NCBI GenBank assembly: GCA_963664625.1
Contig: OY761541.1
Location: forward strand, 2,187,670 to 2,251,669
Direction of reading: 5' to 3'
Source of the DNA: Dehalococcoidia bacterium
GTDB taxonomy: Bacteria; Chloroflexota; Dehalococcoidia; Lucifugimonadales; UBA3495
DNA: 64,000 nucleotides
Shown here piece after piece: positions 56,857 to 64,000 of the stretch (position 1 is the first letter of the stretch; each line of letters starts with the position of its first letter). The notes under the pieces were generated by a model. The model saw nothing but the letters and a program-made list of their open reading frames with translations, did not search any database and was not told the origin of the DNA. The position numbers and the translations under genes were made by a program.

Positions 56857-57060
56857 CTATCGCTTGCCTTGATGGTCGTTGAGGTTGGGGTCGCCGTGCT
56901 CCAACATGCACTCGATATAAAGCTGTGCGCCTTGGCGCAACTCCTCTATTGCGTCGCTTCTGGTATACGCCCAGACCGCGCAACCGGGCAAGGAATCAAT
57001 CCATGCGCTCCATCGCCCATCTTCCTCTTCTTGCAGGGAAACCTTGAAAGTGTAGTCCAT
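56857..57060 (-). CDS. HicB-like / UPF0150 antitoxin-fold protein (no HicA partner seen)
   Basis: MDYTFKVSLQEEEDGRWSAWIDSLPGCAVWAYTRSDAIEELRQGAQLYIECMLEHG. Confidence 0.65.
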   Translation of the reverse strand: MDYTFKVSLQEEEDGRWSAWIDSLPGCAVWAYTRSDAIEELRQGAQLYIECMLEHGDPNLNDHQGKR

Positions 57061-57117
57061 CTCTCTTAACCTCTTGCTATGGTCACTCCGATAACATTAT
57101 ACGGTAGCGGAGCCAAT

Positions 57118-58353
57118 ATGAACCCTAACAATCAACACCAACAACCCGCCTCCGCCCTCCGGAACATCCGAGTGCTGGACTTCACTTGGATTCACGCCGG
57201 GCCTTCGGCCACCCGCATCCTGTCCGACCAAGGCGCGGAGGTAATCAAGGTCGAGTCCAACAACGCCCTCTCCGTCATCGGCGGCCCGGCCTCCGCCACT
57301 GCCAGGGGGCTGGGCCAGCGCCACAACTGGAACGCCGGCAAGCTGTCCATCTCCCTGAACATGAAGACCCCCCAAGCCATCGACATCGCCAAGCGGCTGG
57401 TGGCGGTGTCCGACGTGGTGGCGGAGAACTTCAGCGGGCGGGTGATGCCTTCCTGGGGACTTGACTATGACTCCCTGTGCAAGGTTAATCCCGGCATAAT
57501 CATGCTCAGCATGTCCGGCTTGGGACGGACCGGCCCGTGGAAAGACCGGGTCAGCTACGGCCAGACCCTTCAGGCTTGGTCGGGATTCACGGAATTGACC
57601 GGGTTCCCTGACGCCGACCCCAGCGGCCCGGCCAGTGCCTACAGCGATGCGGTGGGCGGCATGGCCGGCGCTCAAGCGGTGCTGCTGGCCTTGATTCACC
57701 GCGCCAAAACCGGCCGGGGCCAGTGGCTCGACGTTTCCCAGTTCGAGTCCCTGTCATCCCTTCTGGAAACCTTGGTGTTGGACATGAGCGCCAACGGTCC
57801 CGCTGCGGCTTCCACCCGCGCGGGCAACCGCCTGCCCTACGGCGGCGGCGCTCCCCACGGAGCTTATCGTTGCGCCGGAGACGACCGCTGGGTTGCGATC
57901 ACGGTCTTCACCGACGATGAATGGCGCGCCTTTATGGACGCCATCGGCAACCCTGAATGGGCCCAAGACCAACGCTTCGTCACCGCCGATGACCGTTGCC
58001 GTAATGCCGACGCTCTGGACTCCTTCGTCGAGGCCTGGACCACCCGGAACACTGCTGAAGATGTGATGCATCTCCTTCAAGCCGCGGGCGTCGCTGCCGG
58101 AGTGGTGCAGACCGGGGCCGACGTAGCCCGCGACCCCCAGTTAAAGGAGCGAGCATTCTTCCGCCGGGTCGTCGACCATCAAGGAGAATACCGGACGATA
58201 GAGAGTGCCCCCTACAAGCTGTCCCGCACTCCCGGCAGCGTCACCAAGGGTGCTCCCGCCTTCGGCGCGGACCTGACCTACGTCCTGAGCGAAGTGCTGG
58301 GCATGTCCGACGACGAACTGGCCGACTGCGCCATCGCCGGCGTCTTCGACTGA
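57118..58353 (+). CDS. CaiB/BaiF family III CoA-transferase, paralog 2
   Basis: LRNIRVLDFTWIHAGPSATRILSDQGAEVIKVES. ATG 57118. Confidence 0.9.
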   Translation: MNPNNQHQQPASALRNIRVLDFTWIHAGPSATRILSDQGAEVIKVESNNALSVIGGPASATARGLGQRHNWNAGKLSISLNMKTPQAIDIAKRLVAVSDVVAENFSGRVMPSWGLDYDSLCKVNPGIIMLSMSGLGRTGPWKDRVSYGQTLQAWSGFTELTGFPDADPSGPASAYSDAVGGMAGAQAVLLALIHRAKTGRGQWLDVSQFESLSSLLETLVLDMSANGPAAASTRAGNRLPYGGGAPHGAYRCAGDDRWVAITVFTDDEWRAFMDAIGNPEWAQDQRFVTADDRCRNADALDSFVEAWTTRNTAEDVMHLLQAAGVAAGVVQTGADVARDPQLKERAFFRRVVDHQGEYRTIESAPYKLSRTPGSVTKGAPAFGADLTYVLSEVLGMSDDELADCAIAGVFD

Positions 58354-58392
58354 GTCCTGTGGACATTGCTTGTCACTCCTACCCTTCAACCC

Positions 58393-58416
58393 GTCATTCC
58401 CGCGAAGGCGGGAATC
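58393..58416 (+). repeat. REP-like repeat, copy 12
   Basis: gtcattcccgcgaaggcgggaatc, between convergent genes. Confidence 0.9.
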
Positions 58417-58447
58417 CACGCCCTCCGGTCGGCGACCGACGGGCGCA

Positions 58448-59752
58448 TTATATCCTCAAGTTGCGCAGCGTGGGCCGCGCCACTCCCAGCAAGATGGCCA
58501 CCGCCATGAACACCAGAGCCCCGCCGGTTATCGATACCCTCCAGTCGAACCAGTCCGCCACCACCGCCGAGGGCAACGCCCCGATGAACATCAACCCCGC
58601 GCTCACGTACCACAGGCTCATTATCCGTCCCTGAAGGTCGTTGGGCACGCTCAGTTGCAGCACCGCGGTCCCCATGGAAATGAACCCCGTGCTGCCCATG
58701 CCGATGAACAGCATGATCGCCAGCGAGACCCGGTACCAGGGCGACCACGAAAACGCCAGCAGCGATACCCCGAAGATTAGCAACATCCCCAGCAGCAACC
58801 AGTTCTTGTACCGGAAGTTTCCCAGCGTCGCCAGCGTCAGCGTCCCTGCCAAGGCTCCCACGGCCCCCGCCGTCATCAACAGGCCCGCTTCCGCTGCCCC
58901 CGCATCCAGTAGCTCTTTTGCGAACGCAGGCATCACCTGCGTTATAGGCATACCGAAGAACCCGAACACGAAACCGATGCCGATGATCGTGAACACCACC
59001 GGGTTCGACCAGACGTGCACTATCCCTGTGGCCAAGTCTCCCGCCACCGAACTGCGCCGCGCGCCTTGTCGCTTGGGCACGCCGCGAATGGACAGCACGC
59101 AGGCGGTGGCCAGCAGGTAGCCCGCTGCGTTCAGGTACAGCGCCGGCCCTATGTCGGTCCACTCTATGATGAACCCCGCCGCCGCCGGGCCGACGATCCT
59201 GCCGGTGAACATCATCGACGAGTTCAACGACACCGCGTTCATCATGTCACTGCGGTCCACCAAGTCGGCGACGATGGCCAGCCGGGCCGGCATGTTCAGG
59301 GCTTGCAGCGTCCCCAGGATGAACCCCGCGGCGTATACGTGCCAGTCCTCAACCAACTCCAGCGTGGTCAATGTCGCCAAGGTAAAGACCACGAAGGTGA
59401 CGATTGACTGGGTTGCGATCAACACGGTGCGTCTGTCGATGCGGTCGGCGAAGATGCCGCCGAACATGAACAGCGACAGATTGGGAACGCCGTACAGGAA
59501 CAGCACGATGCCCAGCTTGGCCGGCGAGTCGGTCAGTTCCAGCATCAGCCAGCCCAGGATGAGGAACTGCATCCCTTGCGCCATACCCGACCCGCTGGTG
59601 TTGAACCAGAACCAGCGGAAGTTGCGGTTGCGCAACGCCCGGAAGGTCTGGAGCTTGTGCCTGGCCGCCGTGACCTGCGCCAGCAGCGGCAGGCTGCCAA
59701 GGCTGAGAAGCAGAACGCCCGAGGCGAGAATTGCCAAGCCTGCGACGGTCAT
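58448..59752 (-). CDS. MFS transporter
   Basis: 434 aa with about 12 hydrophobic helices. FRALRNRNFRWFWFNTSGSGMAQGMQFLILGWL, GGIFADRIDRR. Confidence 0.85.
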   Translation of the reverse strand: MTVAGLAILASGVLLLSLGSLPLLAQVTAARHKLQTFRALRNRNFRWFWFNTSGSGMAQGMQFLILGWLMLELTDSPAKLGIVLFLYGVPNLSLFMFGGIFADRIDRRTVLIATQSIVTFVVFTLATLTTLELVEDWHVYAAGFILGTLQALNMPARLAIVADLVDRSDMMNAVSLNSSMMFTGRIVGPAAAGFIIEWTDIGPALYLNAAGYLLATACVLSIRGVPKRQGARRSSVAGDLATGIVHVWSNPVVFTIIGIGFVFGFFGMPITQVMPAFAKELLDAGAAEAGLLMTAGAVGALAGTLTLATLGNFRYKNWLLLGMLLIFGVSLLAFSWSPWYRVSLAIMLFIGMGSTGFISMGTAVLQLSVPNDLQGRIMSLWYVSAGLMFIGALPSAVVADWFDWRVSITGGALVFMAVAILLGVARPTLRNLRI

Positions 59753-59820
59753 GGGTCAACAATCGCGTGAAGTACGCGCAGAGTCCCCTCTCCAGCACGG
59801 AGAGGGTCGGGATAGAGCAT

Positions 59821-61275
59821 CTATTCCTGCTCCAGGAACTCGCGCACCCACGCGCTGGCCGGCTCCTTGTCGGCCATGTTGTACAGGATTATGGCATTGC
59901 GCACCCAGTCGGCCTGGAAGAACCGCTCGTAGAGTATCTGCCTCGCCCCGAAGGCGCTGCAACTGGTGTCCCACGCCAAGCGGAACAACCGCACCCGGTC
60001 CCGGGCCGACGCGGTGTCAGTCTCCAGGTACTTGTTGATCTCCTCGGCCAGCGGCCCCTCCAGGTCCGCCTCGGTGGGCAGGGCCATCAAGCTGCTGGAT
60101 CCCAGCAGGTGGATGATCTCTCCCATCCTGGGGTACATGCGGATAAACAGGTTGCGGGCCGCCTGTAAAGGCAGTTCGGCGGGGCACATCACGCCCCACT
60201 CGTCCAGCGACGCGTCGACCTCCGCCGCCCGCAGGCAGGCCTTGGTCACTTCCAGGTTCTCGATTATCTCCGCGATCAACTGCTGCACTTGGGGTTGCTT
60301 GCTGGACCCTAGGGTCTCCGTCATCAGGTTGGCTACGCCCAGCATGAACTCGCACTTGGCCACGTTCTTGGTGACGACCTGGTGGCCGGAATGGAGGTGT
60401 CGGTTGGTGGCCAGTTGCAGGTTGTTGCACATCTCCACGTCGCCCAGCAGGAACACCCGCTCCCAAGGCACGAACACGTTGTCGAAGAACGCCACCGCGT
60501 CCATCTCCTCGAACCGCGATCCCAACGGATGGTCGAAGTGGGACCGGCCCAGGTCGAAGCTCTCCCGGCACTGGAACCGCAGCCCCGGTGCATTGCACGG
60601 CACGGCGAAGGCGAAGGAGTAACGCGAGGGCGCTTGACCCGGCAGTTGGTGAGACTGGGTGGGGTACAACGCGATCTCTTCCGACAAGGGCGCAAGTGTC
60701 GCCAGCACCCGCGCCCCGTGCACCACTATGCCGGCGTCGGTCTCCTTGACTACTCCCAGCGCTACGTCGGTGCGGTCCTCCAGGGGAGTGGTGCCGGGAG
60801 TGCGGCTGCGTTGCAGGTTGAGCAGGGTGTGGGTCAACACCAGGTCGTTCTCCCGGATGAACTCGTAGTAGTCCTCGATGTTCTTCTTGAAATCCGGGCG
60901 GTTGCGCGCAAAGTAATCGCTTGCCGCCGCCATCGCCATAATGTTCACGTTCATAAAGTCCGGGCTGCGGCCCATCATGCCAAAGGTCTGCCGTGCCCAA
61001 TGCCGCATCATCACCCGCCGCCGCTCCAGGTCCTCAATCGTCCGCGGGATGATGAACGACGTCCCCACCGGGTTTCCCGTGGTGGGCGAGGCGTAGGTCA
61101 TTTCGTCCTTGTAGGCCGGGTCGTGTTGCAGGTCGTACATCCGGGCCAGCGTCTCCACCCCGTTGCGCAGCGCCGGGTGGGTGGTTACGTCCTTCACCCG
61201 CTCGCCGTTCATGTAAATCTCCGGGTGGTTCTGCTTCAGCCCTGCTATGTATTCCGCTCCGGTCCTGGCTGGCAT
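59821..61275 (-). CDS. 4-hydroxyphenylacetate 3-monooxygenase oxygenase-component (HpaB) family protein
   Basis: ATG 61275 follows GGAG. MPARTGAEYIAGLKQNHPEIYMNGERVKDVTTHPALRNGVETLARMYDL..GRSPDFMN. Confidence 0.8.
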   Translation of the reverse strand: MPARTGAEYIAGLKQNHPEIYMNGERVKDVTTHPALRNGVETLARMYDLQHDPAYKDEMTYASPTTGNPVGTSFIIPRTIEDLERRRVMMRHWARQTFGMMGRSPDFMNVNIMAMAAASDYFARNRPDFKKNIEDYYEFIRENDLVLTHTLLNLQRSRTPGTTPLEDRTDVALGVVKETDAGIVVHGARVLATLAPLSEEIALYPTQSHQLPGQAPSRYSFAFAVPCNAPGLRFQCRESFDLGRSHFDHPLGSRFEEMDAVAFFDNVFVPWERVFLLGDVEMCNNLQLATNRHLHSGHQVVTKNVAKCEFMLGVANLMTETLGSSKQPQVQQLIAEIIENLEVTKACLRAAEVDASLDEWGVMCPAELPLQAARNLFIRMYPRMGEIIHLLGSSSLMALPTEADLEGPLAEEINKYLETDTASARDRVRLFRLAWDTSCSAFGARQILYERFFQADWVRNAIILYNMADKEPASAWVREFLEQE

Positions 61276-61439
61276 GGCGTTGCTCCTTGAGTCCAGCTTG
61301 GGGTGGTTGAATGGAATAAGGGAAACGATCAACCGCAGAGGGCACCGAAAACGCAAAGGTTTTGGGATTCCTTTATAAATCCCTCTGCGTTCTTGGCGCC
61401 CTCTACGTTGAAACCGGGACTATTTTAATGGGTTGATTG

Positions 61440-61808
61440 TCAACCTTGGGATTGTGCGCCCCAAGGTTTCAAACCGTGTTCCTTGGCATGAGATTCCAAG
61501 TCCAGTTGAAGCGGTGCGGGGACCGTTGGGCGCGTCAAGCCTCGTTTCCCCAACTGGTCCCATGCTACTTCGACATCTACGGCGCCAATCCCCTCGATCG
61601 CCCCCAGGCCGTCCTTCACTGACGTAACAAGACGGGTCATGCCGAAAACGCAGCAAGGCAGCACCTTCACCGATACCCGTCCGTCGTCGGCCACTTCCAC
61701 ATCGGAGATCAAGCCAAGCTGTTCGACGCTGAACCTGAAATCGCAGCAACCCGCCCCCTTCAGGGACTCCATCACCTGTTCACTCAACGTTACCTTTGGA
61801 TCACCCAC
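61440..61808 (-). CDS. DUF59/MIP18-like Fe-S assembly-related protein
   Basis: LGLISDVEVADDGRVSVKVLPCCVFGMTRLVTSVKDGLGAIEGIGAVDVEV. Likely GTG start at 61808, 6 nt after GGAGGA. Confidence 0.55.
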   Translation of the reverse strand: MGDPKVTLSEQVMESLKGAGCCDFRFSVEQLGLISDVEVADDGRVSVKVLPCCVFGMTRLVTSVKDGLGAIEGIGAVDVEVAWDQLGKRGLTRPTVPAPLQLDLESHAKEHGLKPWGAQSQG

Positions 61809-61843
61809 TGTCTGTCCTCCCAAGGATTAAGGAAGCGTTGCTT

Positions 61844-62896
61844 CTACCGCGAAGACCAGGGTTCAGCCAGTCCATTTGCCCGGCGCTTGGCGAACTCGTC
61901 ATTGCTGATCTTCTGCTGGATGGTTTCAATATCCATTCCGTGCAACCGGGCCAGGTTGCCCCCAAGAATCTTCTGTTTAATCTCCGTGGTGAGTTGGGGG
62001 TAGCCGTATCCGTCGGTCAGGTCCTGGGGCATCTGGAATTCCCAGAATGCTTTCAGCGGCCATTGGGGGTGCCACAGCGGGACCTCGGAGCCGGATATTA
62101 TCTTGTCCGGGCCGCCCCAGAACAGCAGTTTCCCCAGTACCTCGGCGAACCACCTGGGCGCCTTGCCGATGAAATTCAGCGTGGCCGCCAAGGAGACATA
62201 GACGTTGGGGAACCTTACTATCTGCCAGCATATCTCGTCTATAAATGGCAGGCCCGGATGGAAGATCACGAAATTGAGGTCGGGAAATGATGCGGCGGCT
62301 TGGTCGATGTCGAAAACCTGGGTGCCCTCGGTGGGCTGAGGCCCCAGGGGCACTCCCTTATGCACCGCGATCAAGTTGATGCCCAGTTCCCTGGCTTTTT
62401 CATAAACCGGGAAAGCCACCCTGGGGTCATCCATTCTCCAAGGGAACGGCGAGCCGAAGTCGTAGCGTATGTTGTAAAACTTGAACGCTTTTGCCCCGTA
62501 CTCCTTGACCTGGAGTTCCATCAGGTCCAGTGCTTTGTCTCCCTCCAGCGGGTTCACAGTGCCCCAGGTAATCACTCTGTCCGGGTACCTCTTGGCCATT
62601 TCGGCGCATCTCTCCCAGTCCGACAGGCCATCATGGAAGAAGTCGGTCAAAGGCAGAGGTTGCGCTATCAATATATCCGTATCACTTTCGGCGAACACGG
62701 TATTGGCTATTGTATCTATGTCCCAGTTCAGCAAAAACTCCTCTTGTGGGAGAATCTTCTCACCGGGAGGAGTCAAAGCCGCGTGGAAGCCGTAAAGGTG
62801 ATTGTTGAATAACTCCCCGCCTGAATTTTTCACATTTGAGGCATCCATGTTGTAGAGGTGAGTAACCGCATCGAAAACAAAAGCATCACCAATCAT
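61844..62896 (-). CDS. amidohydrolase-2 (ACMSD-like) family metal-dependent hydrolase
   Basis: 350 aa: MIGDAFVFDAVTHLYN.., IAVHKG, VIFHPGLPF, ISGSEVPLWHPQW. Confidence 0.65.
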   Translation of the reverse strand: MIGDAFVFDAVTHLYNMDASNVKNSGGELFNNHLYGFHAALTPPGEKILPQEEFLLNWDIDTIANTVFAESDTDILIAQPLPLTDFFHDGLSDWERCAEMAKRYPDRVITWGTVNPLEGDKALDLMELQVKEYGAKAFKFYNIRYDFGSPFPWRMDDPRVAFPVYEKARELGINLIAVHKGVPLGPQPTEGTQVFDIDQAAASFPDLNFVIFHPGLPFIDEICWQIVRFPNVYVSLAATLNFIGKAPRWFAEVLGKLLFWGGPDKIISGSEVPLWHPQWPLKAFWEFQMPQDLTDGYGYPQLTTEIKQKILGGNLARLHGMDIETIQQKISNDEFAKRRANGLAEPWSSR

Positions 62897-63145
62897 GACG
62901 TTGCCCTTCCCAACCGTGCAACGATTTGCAACACTAACTTAAATAGGCACGGCTAACGAGCGGTATTATAGATACCGGCCTACACCTCAGCAAGTTTCCT
63001 ACTGTGTCCCGTCGCTGTCCCGTGTGTAAGTTGACCGTCTAATTCTTTGAGCGAGTGGCCGTTGCCTTGGCATCCCAAAGAATGTACGATTCCCCAAGAC
63101 TCGGCTGGATCGAAATCGCCAGTCCGAATATGAATGGAGGCACTC

Positions 63146-63463
63146 ATGTACGTTATTATTGCGCCCATACAGATCAAGGAAGGGCACCGGGAAGAGTTCA
63201 TAGAAGCCATGCTCGACGACGCCAGAGGGTCGGTAAACGACGAGCCGGGCTGCCTGCGGTTCGACGTAATCCAGGACGCCGGCGACCCTCACCGCATCTG
63301 GCTCTACGAGGTCTACGAGGATGAGGCTGCCTTCCAAGCCCATACCCAGGCGCCCCACTTCATCAAGTGGCGGGACGCTACTCAGGACCTCCGTGTCGAG
63401 GGTATTCAGGGGGCCGCCCGCGGCAGCACCAACATCTGGCCTCCCGATGCGGAGTGGAAGTAA
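63146..63463 (+). CDS. antibiotic-biosynthesis-monooxygenase (ABM) family protein
   Basis: ATG 63146 follows GGAGG. MYVIIAPIQIKEGHREEFIEAMLDDARGSVNDEPGCLRFDVIQD..WLYEVYEDEAAFQAHTQAPHF. Confidence 0.8.
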   Translation: MYVIIAPIQIKEGHREEFIEAMLDDARGSVNDEPGCLRFDVIQDAGDPHRIWLYEVYEDEAAFQAHTQAPHFIKWRDATQDLRVEGIQGAARGSTNIWPPDAEWK

Positions 63464-63525
63464 CGGCCCTTCACCGGTTCAAAGAGCAACTCCGCTTTCC
63501 ATATCCAACACAAGGAGATTGACTG

Positions 63526-63849
63526 ATGTACGTGATCATCGCGCCAATCCAGATTAAAGAGGGTGTGAAGGAGCAATTCCTGGAAGCAATGCTCCCCAAC
63601 GCCCAAGGAGCGGCCAACACCGAACCGGGTTGCCTGCGGTTCGACGTTATCCAGGACGCCGGCGACCCCAACCGTGTCTGGCTTTACGAAGTGTACGTTG
63701 ACGAAGCCGCGTTCCAAGCCCACCAACAAGCGCCCCACTACCTGAACGCCATAGGCACCATCCAATCGCTGCGCGAAGAGTCGTCGGGACTCCAAGGCGC
63801 GGCGAGAGGCAGCACCAACATCTGGCCCTCCGACGCCGAATGGAAGTAG
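63526..63849 (+). CDS. ABM family protein, tandem paralog
   Basis: MYVIIAPIQIKEGVKEQFLEAMLPNAQGAANTEPGCLRFDVIQD..WLYEVYVDEAAFQAHQQAPHY. Confidence 0.8.
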   Translation: MYVIIAPIQIKEGVKEQFLEAMLPNAQGAANTEPGCLRFDVIQDAGDPNRVWLYEVYVDEAAFQAHQQAPHYLNAIGTIQSLREESSGLQGAARGSTNIWPSDAEWK

Positions 63850-63938
63850 GGGAGCGTCCCCAACCGTTGTGGATGGTACAATAGAATCCTGCACTTGGCG
63901 TTAGCCGCCGCCAACCCCGGCGATGGTGCGCCAATCAT

Positions 63939-64000
63939 GGGCCGTTAGCTCAGTTCGGCAGAGCACCGGACTTTTAATCCGGGTGTCGTGGGTTCGATCC
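63939..64000 (+). tRNA. tRNA-Lys (anticodon UUU), 3' end cut by window edge
   Basis: GGGCCGT acceptor, GCTC/GAGC D-stem, CCGGA-CTTTTAA-TCCGG anticodon arm, GTGGG-TTCGATC T-arm start. Confidence 0.85.

Overview
GC-rich bacterial chromosomal segment. The gene content (LLM monooxygenase, two CaiB/BaiF CoA-transferases, HpaB, amidohydrolase-2, three XDH-family Mo-enzyme subunits plus an orphan large subunit, dimeric alpha/beta-barrel proteins) suggests a Chloroflexota/SAR202-like marine heterotroph. That taxonomic call is inference only. I support about 57 protein genes, a stand-alone 5S rRNA, a tRNA-Lys(UUU) cut by the right edge, several clear intrinsic terminators, and a 24-nt palindromic intergenic repeat family (12 or more copies). 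I saw no CRISPR array, transposase or integrase. Many long ORFs in the supplied track are antisense shadows of real genes, or 5' extensions that run through the intergenic repeat. Most interesting items: (1) a non-FtsZ, CetZ-like tubulin-superfamily GTPase in a self-contained two-gene unit with a single-pass membrane protein (32858..35127); (2) a cluster made of a polytopic membrane protein with a C-terminal OmpR/PhoB-type winged helix, a tail-anchored protein with seven DnaJ-type CxxCxGxG zinc knuckles, and a DUF192-RCC1-LRR lipoprotein, tied together by two copies of a cis-module carrying ATCATAG direct repeats at exact 11-bp spacing (46445..52332); (3) a UGSC-family selenoprotein gene split by the ORF caller at an in-frame TGA, with a SECIS-like hairpin (41107..41652); (4) a lower-GC islet encoding a single-HKD PLD nuclease fused to a P-loop NTPase, next to a DUF4258/DUF2283 toxin-antitoxin-like pair wedged between a gene and a decayed 5' copy of its paralog (37934..40930).
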